NCBI GenBank assembly: GCA_905250115.1
Contig: CAJNOI010000109.1
Span: 11,595 to 23,302 of the forward strand
Direction of reading: 5' to 3'
DNA: 11,708 bases
Source of the DNA: Adineta steineri
Taxonomy: Eukaryota
Under the pieces are notes generated by a model. The model saw only the letters and a list, made by a program, of their open reading frames with translations. It was not told the DNA's origin and made no database searches. Positions 1-8,448 of the stretch are shown piece after piece. The position numbers were made by a program, and so were the translations under genes. The stretch's first letter is position 1, and every line of letters starts with the position of its first letter.

Positions 1-1
1 C

Positions 2-481
2 ACCAGCAGTCTTGGTACTGTTGGATCTATATAACTGAGCTTCGAAGTGGACACCTATACCAATGTTATCGATAAATTGCAATGCATCTGTGACACAAGT
101 AATATGATAAATACCAGATGGTTTGGTAGTTTTCTTGCAGGTACATTGTTCAGCATCGTACGTAAACTCAAAACCGAGAAGAGATGTCTTATCAGTTATG
201 AAACCAAGAGTGGTTCCTTCAAAGAATGGCCCAGTACCGTATGGTTCTGCTTTAAAGTCGATACGATATCGGTAGTTGTCTAAATCGGGATAGTGTGTGT
301 ATGACATAATAATGTTGCTTATAGCACAACTGCTTGTTGTACAATTACTTAAAGTGACAGAGGAATCGCGTACACTCACACGATGTCCTCTTGGCATGCA
401 ACAGATATTAGAATCTGCTGCTACGACATTAACAAAAAGGAAAGTAATCCAGAAGATGATAACACCATTGTAACTAGTCAT
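2..481 (-). CDS. Secreted or membrane-targeted cysteine-containing protein of unknown family, N-terminal part, open at left window edge
   Basis: Hand translation of the reverse complement from the ATG at 481..479 gives 160 uninterrupted codons to the window edge: MTSYNGVIIFWITFLFVNVVAADSNICCMPRGHRVSVRDSSVTLSNCTTSSCAISNIIMSYTHYPDLDNYRYRIDFKAEPYGTGPFFEGTTLGFITDKTSLLGFEFTYDAEQCTCKKTTKPSGIYHITCVTDALQFIDNIGIGVHFEAQLYRSNSTKTAG. Typical signal peptide, N-glycosylation sequons, several Cys. Not in the supplied track, probably because its stop lies outside the window. Confidence 0.72.
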   Translation of the reverse strand, partial: MTSYNGVIIFWITFLFVNVVAADSNICCMPRGHRVSVRDSSVTLSNCTTSSCAISNIIMSYTHYPDLDNYRYRIDFKAEPYGTGPFFEGTTLGFITDKTSLLGFEFTYDAEQCTCKKTTKPSGIYHITCVTDALQFIDNIGIGVHFEAQLYRSNSTKTAG

Positions 482-660
482 GTTTTGTGTGAAAGAAATG
501 AATCGAATCTTAATGATAAAATAATCTAAAAAGGACATAGTTGTAATGAGAAATAGTTAAAGTTGTTTAACATTTTTATTATTAATTTCGATCAGTTTTT
601 GTCGAGTAGAATCCTCCAACCAAACGAAAACATTAGGACTGCTCTACTACTTTATTTTAG

Positions 661-980
661 TCATAAAGCATCCTCTAACATAAATGTGATGACCATCCTA
701 ACTGACATCAAACGAAGAAGTGTTTGTAGCAAGCAAAACGGTAAGTTTATTCTTTCGAAACCGAGTTATTGAAAAAGTACTGAAGAAATTTAAAATTCTA
801 GATATTTTGAACAGTCATCGTTTTGATTCAATTGCTTTATTGGTCGGATATCTCTCTACTGTTTTGGATCAAACTGGGCGAAATCTGACAAAGTACACGC
901 AGATCGGTGAATACTTAGCATCAGCGGACCCTGCACTCTTAAACTCGGACTCAGCTACTCAATATTTCACCGCATACTAG
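661..980 (+). CDS. Possible spliced coding fragment (exon about 661..740, intron 741..801, exon 802..980), unknown product
   Basis: GTAAGT donor at 741 and TTCTAG acceptor ending at 801 join two listed ORFs in frame (AAC G|AT ATT TTG): ...NVMTILTDIKRRSVCSKQN|DILNSHRFDSIALLVGYLSTVLDQTGRNLTKYTQIGEYLASADPALLNSDSATQYFTAY*. The 61-bp intron matches the size class of the F-box gene introns. TTTATTTTAG just before 661 could be another acceptor. No recognised family. Confidence 0.28.
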
Positions 981-1549
981 TGTTCTCATCTTCGAACTCT
1001 GGGTAAAAAAACGAAGTTGAAGACCATTTTTCTTTTTGTAGAGACTCACCTTGTAAGTGAAAAAGAAAGAAGTGAATTGCTCGGGTCGTATAATGACAAT
1101 GTCTTTTTTTTCTTAAAGAATAGTTCTTCATGAAAGGATACCTTATGTTTTTCTTTCCCAAGCGCACCACTTCAATAGAGAATCAATCTTCCTACGCAGT
1201 TGCTCTATAACTACGAGTAAAGCAACAGATGACGAGAGCGATAACCTTCATTTTCATCATCGTTTTTATCCTTTGTAATCATGATTTATTATAAACAGTT
1301 GGTTTCTTAATGACAGAGGCCATGAGTAAGGACAAACACTATCACATCTATCGGAAATTTGTCGACTCATGGAGTGTGAGGCATAATGATTTCAATTTAC
1401 ATGTCATAGTAAATATCTTATATCTTGAGGGTGTTGGTGTTGGTATTGGTTAGCAAAAGATTAAAATATGAATAAAATCCAGATTAATAAAGAATAAGAC
1501 TTATTGATATAATTGTTTATATATTTTTTTCTTTTATTTAAATATAAAA

Positions 1550-1930
1550 TTAATTAAAAACCTCATCATCATATAATTCACCAGTATTTCGGTTAATCAT
1601 ACTGAGTCTTATTGTTACTTCTTTATCGATTAATGAAATTTTTTCATTGATTCCATCGGCTAATATTTGTATAGAGTTTGTATTATTAAGATTGTTGTCT
1701 ATATAAAATAGTACTTGACCTTGATTATTTGTATAAAATTCTTGGTAATAATCATCTATTGTTTTAAACTGAACAGGTATATTTACTAAAGGATTCCAAC
1801 GATAATCAACTATAGTTATTAATAATTTGTTTTGTTTATTTAATGAAATTTCATGTAAGATCCTAATGAACACAAGTAAACTTATAATTGTAAGAAAACT
1901 AATAATTATTTGTCGATTGCATCTAATCAT
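1550..1930 (-). CDS. Small type II membrane or secreted protein with possible Ig-like/carboxypeptidase-regulatory-like beta-sandwich
   Basis: 126-aa ORF with true ATG (CAT at 1928..1930). Hydrophobic N-terminal segment (IIISFLTIISLLVFIRILHEI), then ITIVDYRWNPLVNIPVQFKTIDDYYQEFYTNNQGQVLFYI, which has the 'V.D..gNPL.nipV.f.....yTnn.Gqv.f' pattern of Ig-like/CarboxypepD_reg repeats. Confidence 0.5.
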   Translation of the reverse strand: MIRCNRQIIISFLTIISLLVFIRILHEISLNKQNKLLITIVDYRWNPLVNIPVQFKTIDDYYQEFYTNNQGQVLFYIDNNLNNTNSIQILADGINEKISLIDKEVTIRLSMINRNTGELYDDEVFN

Positions 1931-3322
1931 TATCGCCGATAATAATGTATATCTTTATTATGTTATATAAAACTATTTCATCTTTCTGTTTTTCTTAAAA
2001 AACAATATATAACAGTTTTTTTTATATTAAATAATATACGTAAAGAATGAATATAAAAAATGTATTAGAATAGTGTAGATAAGATAAACGAGAGACACCC
2101 TGACCATCGATCCTGAGTGGTATAATCAGTATCTTCAAGATCTGTCCGACTTAGCGCATAGGATAGAAACCAACGAAAAAAAAACTAATCAAAACAGTAG
2201 GTGACCTAAGTAGGCAATAAAACTCGCGAGACATTATGAATTCTGTAACTTTCGATTCTTCACTACAGAAAGAAGAGCATTATTAGAACTTGTTTCAAAA
2301 CAAAACATTAAAGAATGCTAACACAGTAGTATTATTGTAAGTAAATATGCACTAATTGTTATTAATCGATCCGTAAACCTTTTTAAGTGTTGATGAATGT
2401 TTTTGAGATAAGTACGCTAGACACCTTAAGTCAATCATACCCTTTCAAAATATTAGATACAAAGTTTCGTAAGTGTTGATGAGGATGATTTACGTATGAT
2501 TTTATGAAGTAAAGTGTTTCTCGTATTAGCAAAATTCACTGATACCTTTCAAAATTTTTTAATATGAATCATCCAAGAATGAAGCCATAAGATATCTCAT
2601 TCAAATTATAAAAAATAACTGCACTTTCACACGTTTTTTTCTCTCAGTTCGAGAATAAGTAATAGAATACATTGTAAATTTTTCATTTTTTTGTCACTTT
2701 TCATTAATTACTTTAGCAATAAATGACCAATGAAAATAAAACCTTTATTTTTAGTCTAAACTTATAGTAGATTCTTTACTGCTCATTACACTTTTATACG
2801 AATAATAAATGTTGTAAAAAATCGAATAAGGTGTTGTTGTTTTTGTTGACTCAATTGAGTTTACGAGTCGAATAAGTCAGTCGCTTAATGAAAGCTACAT
2901 AAATAAAGAAATGCTTTCTGTTGACTTCATCAAAATGAGTAGTGGATTAATAAAAAAAACTGAATAAAATGTAAATAGAAGCAGAATAACTATTTGATTT
3001 TTAACGGGAATAATTTTACAATAACACTTAAGTAAAGAAACCGGTACTCTCTGCTAAGCTAATCAAAGTGAATAAACAAATAAGAAAAAAAAGAAATGTG
3101 TGTAAATACAGATACAGTGAGTGTTGAAGAAAAGCATTACCCATTCTCCACCCCTTTTATTTTTATTCGTTTATTACGGGTAAAAGAAATACACAAGGAA
3201 TCGTAACCTCAATTTTTCTAGGGAAACAGAGAATTGTTGCAAAGATACATCAAATGTATTTCGTTTTGTAACTCATCTGACACTAACCATATGCTATTGT
3301 AACTTTCTCATCTGTATTATCA

Positions 3323-3880
3323 GAATAGACTAGGGGTGTTACTTTATCTTTACTTTATAAAATAAAGATAAAGTGAATCTTTATCTTTATTTTATAAAGA
3401 ATAAAGATAATCTTTATTTTAAAAATAAAGATAAAGAAATAAAGTAAATCTTTATATTTATAAAATAAAGATAAAGTTAATCTTTACTTTATAAAATAAA
3501 GATAAAGAAAAAGTTACTTTATTTTAAAAAATAAAGTTAAAATAAAGAATAAAGAAATTTTTCCCATAAATCTCTTATGCCCCACGTTCATTTGCTAGCA
3601 TTATTCCTTCTTAGAATGTGGCTGGTGGTCAGAAAAAACTGCGATCAATATTACCTCTTTATATATCAGTTATTTGTCTAATTACTAATCATTTGAAAAT
3701 ATTTTCTTTATTCTTTATTTTAACTTTATTTTTTAAAGAATAAAGTTAATCTTTATTTTAAAAATAAAGTAAAGCAATAAAGTAAATCTTTATTCTTTAC
3801 AAAATAAAGATAAAGATTTTTGTTACTTTATTCTTTATTATAAAGTAAAATAAAAATAAAGTAACACCCCTAGAATAGAC
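3323..3880. mobile_element. hAT-like non-autonomous element (MITE); element proper 3331..3872, 8-bp TSD GAATAGAC at 3323..3330 and 3873..3880
   Basis: Left end TAGGGGTGTTACTTTAT (3331..3347) is the perfect reverse complement of right end ATAAAGTAACACCCCTA (3856..3872), 17/17. Exact 8-bp direct repeat GAATAGAC flanks both ends. 8-bp TSD and (C/T)AGGGGTG termini are hAT-superfamily hallmarks. No transposase ORF inside. Confidence 0.85.
3342..3861. repeat. Arms made of short inverted and direct AAATAAAG/CTTTATTT-type units around a non-repetitive core (about 3557..3710)
   Basis: Left arm about 3342..3556 and right arm about 3711..3861 are almost entirely permutations of (A)nTAAAG(A)n and its complement CTTTA(T)n, forming many local hairpins. 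The core TTCCCATAAATCTCTTATGCCCCACGTTC... has normal complexity. Confidence 0.75.
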
Positions 3881-4786
3881 ACAATGAGAAATACGTGAAA
3901 AAATTCAATTTATTGCCTATCGAGCATATAAGCGAATGAACTGCTTATAAATTACTTTTCTTTCATTCTCTCAGTTCATTTCATATCATATTATTGATAG
4001 TAGGTATGTTTGAAGAAGATGAGAATATTTTTTCAGTTATGATAGTTACAATGAGACATTTTTAGAGGTAAATCTTTACTTTGGAAAGAAAATTTTTCAC
4101 ATATATATTAAGTATGATAATCAAAAACCTTAGATTGAAATTTATCAAAATAAAATTGTAGCAGACTGAAAAAGTCAATAAACAATATTCATATCATCTA
4201 TTTGAGCTTGACACTTGGTAAAGACAATAAAGTCATATATAACTTTTTCACTATGATGAATAATAAAATATTATTTTTTATTTTTCAACATTTATAAGCA
4301 GTATATCGAATAAAATAATACGAAATGATCATTAAAAACTCTCAACCTCATAACTGTAGGTTAAAAAAATCAAACAAAGAAAAAAAAGATTCACTTTATA
4401 TTATCATGCAAAATACTCTTTGGAACTGAATGTTATAAGAGCGTAAAAAATGATAAAGCGATTGTCTTTTTCAAATGGAACAGTTCATTTTGACTTTTTA
4501 TTTGGCTCAGCAATTGCTTTATTAGCCGCTTCATTTGTTGCATATCCTAGGGCGTATGATTTTGGTTGTTCCCAAATCATTTTATCATGTAACGTTTTTT
4601 GCAGACTAGAAGATGCATTTTTTGTCCGCAGTCCCTGTGTTGTGCTTCTGTTATTACTGCTTGATGTATTTCATCTCCCACATAGGTTTTCAAGTCCTAT
4701 ACGATCGAGAAAAATCATTACAAATTTAACTATCTCAATATTCTTCCTGATTGATCATTGTTTATACAACTGTCGTTATGTATACA

Positions 4787-4956
4787 CAGGGGTGTGATTG
4801 TAAAGTGTGTACAAAATAAAAAAAACTCCTTATATCCATGTCGATCATTTAGGTCATATGAAACGGCCCCGTGTGGGTGGATGTGGGATATGGGTGTGAG
4901 TGCCGATGCCATATAAATATGATAACTACACCGGCCCACCCTCGCCCACACCCTTG
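4787..4956. mobile_element. Candidate miniature element with GGGTGTG termini
   Basis: Left CAGGGGTGTG (4787..4796) versus reverse complement of right CACACCCTTG (4947..4956) = CAAGGGTGTG, 9/10. Contains a G-rich tract GTGTGGGTGGATGTGGGATATGGGTGTGAG and a C-rich end CCCACCCTCGCCCACACCC. No TSD found. Confidence 0.4.
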
Positions 4957-5062
4957 CAATTTATTACCACTTGCTAGCGCACTATTAACTGATCAATCAG
5001 CTGTTGAGAAAGTTTGATTTATTTGACTTTTTCACATCGTTATTGATTTTTCTTCAGCATGA

Positions 5063-5362
5063 TTAAATACTGTACTGTTATGTACTAACGATACAAATAT
5101 TCAGTCGTATCTACAATGGTGTTTCAATGCAGTCCAAAAGAAATACTCATTGGATCAATTACATTTAATGTCATGCATTAGATTTTGCTGCGCACATGTT
5201 ATGAAGGTTTTTGGTATTTTACTGAATTGTAATGAACTTGATCAATGCTACGATCTCATTGATCTTATTGTATGGATATTTGGAACAAGTGAACTTGAAA
5301 CAACTGAAGAAGTCCTTGATGAAGGTATCAAAGTAATAACATATAGGTGTGGACAGATTTAA
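5063..5362 (+). pseudogene. Protein-coding remnant, possibly transposase-derived, truncated next to the 5363 element
   Basis: Open frame between TGA (5060) and TAA: LNTVLLCTNDTNIQSYLQWCFNAVQKKYSLDQLHLMSCIRFCCAHVMKVFGILLNCNELDQCYDLIDLIVWIFGTSELETTEEVLDEGIKVITYRCGQI. Composition looks coding, with a 'IRFCCAHVMK' Cys/His core. The family is not identified; the listed ORF (5150) starts from a TTG in the middle of this frame. Confidence 0.3.
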
Positions 5363-5714
5363 TTAAGGGTGTGAGTGCGAATGTGGATGTGGATATGTGT
5401 TAGCGATCACATTGTTCTCGCTTCTTCTTCTTTTCTTTTTCTTTTTTGGTTCTATTTGAAAGAATGTTATCTGCAATAACATTCTTTCATGTTGTTTCTT
5501 TTCTTTTTCTTATGCATGTTCTGTTCTTTGATACGAACGATATATATGTTCGTGTTCTTGTTTTGAGAGTCAGTTTCTTTTTTTGTTCTTTTCTTGAGTC
5601 GTCGTCTTTTCTTTTCTTTGAAAATAAACAGTTTCAAGGGCATTATCCCCCGATATATAAAAGAATTCACAATGTGGATGCTATTTTTGAAACGACATCC
5701 ACACCCACCCTTAA
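5363..5714. mobile_element. Miniature inverted-terminal element TTAAGGGTG...CACCCTTAA (352 bp with flanking TTAA)
   Basis: TTAAGGGTG at 5363..5371 and CACCCTTAA at 5706..5714 are perfect 9-bp inverted ends. Can be read as a 344-bp element (5367..5710) flanked by TTAA on both sides. Subterminal sequences are GGGTGTGAGTGCGAATGTGGATGTGG (left) and CATCCACACCCACCC (right). Confidence 0.6.
5457..5489. repeat. Perfect 14-bp stem hairpin, 5-nt loop
   Basis: TGAAAGAATGTTAT-CTGCA-ATAACATTCTTTCA. Confidence 0.85.
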
Positions 5715-6326
5715 ATTTCAATAATTATCTTAATTATTTTGTTTATTTTATTTTAAGTGAATACATTGTGTGTGCTACTTTCATTCTTTTTTAGTTTGAT
5801 GATGTTTAATATCGAAAATAAAAAACATTACATAATTGTTATTCTGCATTGATTTCATAGAAAAAATGTTATATTTTCCTGTACTCTAATATACTTCGTT
5901 TTTATGATGATTGAAGTATACAGCGAATATGTCCATTCATAGATACAACCACTGAAATTATTCGACTAATGACCCTTTTTATATGAGTTGATTTTAACAT
6001 TTTTCAATACGTCAATATCAGTTGAAAAATATTGTTGAGTATGCAAAAAGATAGTCTCATTCTTTAACATCGAAATCTTTATTCGACAAATTTTAACCAA
6101 TAGCATACGTTTTACTCTTAACGCGATGCAATATAATAATTTGAGAATACATTAAATATATTTTGAGCATATCGGACGAGTCGGTCGTTCGCTACGTGAA
6201 TATTTTCATACACAAGTGGAATTAGCATAGTCTGATAACGTAACATCATTATACATCTTCATATCAATTCCATTGTCTTTTCGGACGAGCAGAAAAAAAA
6301 GAATACATAGGCATATATATGTGTCT

Positions 6327-8062
6327 ATGCGAGCAGTCAATCAACAAGGACGTCTTAATTGCAATTCAATAGGAATGAATTTACTCGATTTACCTGATGA
6401 AGTACTTTTTTTCATATTAAAAAAAATGAATGTTGTTGATACATTATACCGGCAAACTGGTGTTCATAGTCGACTTGATCAATTATTGTTCGATCACATC
6501 TATGTCCGCGAACTTGATTTTACAATAAAATCATGGAATGATTCCATTTATCCAATCAATGACTTAGTAACTGATCGAATCTGTGAAAAATTTTTGCCTC
6601 ATATTAATAATAAAATCACCAAATTTATTCTTGAACCTAATGCAATTGAACGTGTACTTCGTATTGTCAATTATCCAAAACTGTCATCTTTATCATTAAT
6701 GAATTTTTCAAAAAAAAAACTTATTCAATATCTCACAGGTGATGATCATTCTTTCTTTTTTTTGAAATTAAAAGCTATTAAATTTTTTTTTAGAAAATTC
6801 TAGTCTGATTAAATTAATGAATGAACAAATTACACATTTGAATGTTTATATCATTGATGAAATAGACAATGACAATGATGAGCTAAATCTATTAGAATTA
6901 ATTTTATCATTGTCGAAATGTTTGATCGATTTTACTTTTCATCAATCAATGGAATTTCTTAATCGAAATCGTTCTATTACTGAATTATCATCGACAATTT
7001 GTTCTACATTGACAAAACTAGATATACGATTGAATACATTTGACGAATGTCTTTTTCTTTTTGATAATCGTTTTCCATTATTATCTCATTGTTCTATTTG
7101 TATTGACAAAATCTTGTTATCTTCATCATCTATCGATAATAAAGTAAGTCAACATTTATCTTCCAATATTCAATGATAATCATTTACTTTAATAGACAAA
7201 ATTATTAAAATTGAAATATTTCTCATTAACTTTATATCGCGGAACAAATACCTACGATGATGTCATTGTACTATTTCTACAACGAATGTTGAATTTAGAA
7301 GAACTTCATTTATTTTTAACTGTTTCAAGACGAGATACATTTCGTATTGTCGATGGAAATGATCTTAAACAGAATATATTAATTCATCTTTCTCAATTGA
7401 AGACATTTCATTTCAGTATCTATACTTATCTTTATCAATTTATTAATCGAGAACCAAATAACAATGATTATTCTTCTAATAATGATATTCAACAAAGTTT
7501 CATTGACACTAAATTGGGACAAGTTGGATCTTATGTTCATCATAGTTCATCAAAAAACATATATAGATGTCATGTCTATTCAATTCCATATAAATTCAAA
7601 GCATTTATGAGATTGAGTATTTCATTTACAGGTGGCATCTTTACGAACGTTCGAATATTAGCTATTAATGATAATATTTCTTGGAATTATCATTTCTTCC
7701 ATAAAGTTAATCAAAGTTTTCCATTTATTGAAACATTAATGATATGTAATTCGTTACCACAAGAAGATAAATCGTTATTAAATAACAATTTTGAACAATT
7801 TCCAATTGTAACATTCAATCGACTACTTAATCTTCATATTTATGGTTTACATATTGATTATATTCAACAATTATTATTTAATCAACATACACGTTTACCT
7901 TGTCTTGGTCAACTTGAAATTAAATATGAAGAATTAGTTGAGTTAACAAATAATTTTACAAATAATCCATTGCAACTCAATTGTTTACAAGTACAAAATT
8001 TGATCATTAACGAATGTTTTGTTCGTCCACAAAATTTTTCTCTATTTTTTCCTTTGTTATAA
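6327..8062 (+). CDS. F-box domain protein, about 542 aa, three exons: join(6327..6738, 6794..7143, 7196..8062)
   Basis: N-terminal F-box: NLLDLPDEVLFFILKKMNVVDTLYRQTGVHSRLDQLLFDHIYVRELDF. Intron 1 6739..6793 (55 bp, GTGATG...TTTTTTTTTAG, phase 1) restores YLT-E-NSSLIKLMNEQITHLNVYII. Intron 2 7144..7195 (52 bp, GTAAGT...TTTAATAG, phase 0) restores SSIDNK|TKLLKLKYFSLTLYRG. The frame then stays open to TAA at 8060..8062. The three listed ORFs are exons of this one gene. The track start at 6273 is a TTG; the first ATG in that frame is 6327. Confidence 0.88.
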
Positions 8063-8066
8063 TAAA
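8061..8066 (+). promoter_or_regulatory. Possible polyadenylation signal AATAAA overlapping the F-box gene stop codon
   Basis: TTATAATAAATG: AATAAA begins at the second base of the TAA stop. Confidence 0.4.
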
Positions 8067-8448
8067 TGAAAGAAAAAAACAGATTGTATATAAATAAGTA
8101 TTTGAGAATATCGGAAGGAAATGTCTTTAATTTTGATTGTAGGATAACACGGCAGTTATCAAAGGGCATTCGTCAATCGATGGCGAGTGTGATAAAGAGC
8201 AAACAATCTCACATAGTCCTAAAGAATACTATCTGTTTCAAAGTACAAAACACGTCTGCTAAATAGTACTCTGTATTTATTTATTAGATTGATCTGTATC
8301 AGTTATGCACACCTTTTCTCATATAAACGTCAGATGCGATTAAAAATATTTTTTATATTTGTTCAAATTCTTTTCAATTACAAAAAGGAAGGCAGATATA
8401 TGACAGCTGGATATGAAAAATTGAACAAATATCCAACTATTAGTTTAA

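Noticed and set aside
47-283. Listed + strand ORF (78 aa)
   Set aside because: Antisense to the longer, signal-peptide-bearing minus ORF 2..481; no domain resemblance.
1311-1454. 47-codon ORF MTEAMSKDKHYHIYRKFVDSWSVRHNDFNLHVIVNILYLEGVGVGIG
   Set aside because: Too short and without family resemblance; overlaps the solo GAGGGTG motif.
3342-3861. AT-rich repeated units considered as a CRISPR-like array or simple microsatellite
   Set aside because: Units are irregular, in both orientations and without uniform spacers; TIRs and TSD show it is the interior of a transposon in a eukaryotic context.
4450-4797. Listed + ORF of 115 aa, hydrophobic
   Set aside because: Begins at an ATG but shows no recognisable motif. 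The opposite strand has an equally plausible short frame (LRTKNASSSLQKTLHDKMIWEQPKSYALGYATNEAANKAIAEPNKKSK), so neither is supported.
4787-5710. A single 0.9-kb composite transposon spanning 4787 to 5710 carrying the 5063..5362 relic
   Set aside because: No matching TSD for the outer pair, and the 5363..5714 unit has its own perfectly paired ends; kept as separate elements.
5446-5794. Overlapping ORFs on both strands (Phe/Ser-rich versus Lys/Arg-rich)
   Set aside because: Products of a T/C-rich low-complexity tract inside a miniature element; mirror images of each other.
6273-6326. N-terminal extension of the F-box ORF from 6273
   Set aside because: The 'M' at 6273 is a TTG codon rendered as Met; the first real ATG in frame is 6327.
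7909-8266. ORFs 7909..8169 (-) and 8066..8266 (+)
   Set aside because: The first is antisense to F-box exon 3; the second is a short frame in the downstream intergenic region without motifs.
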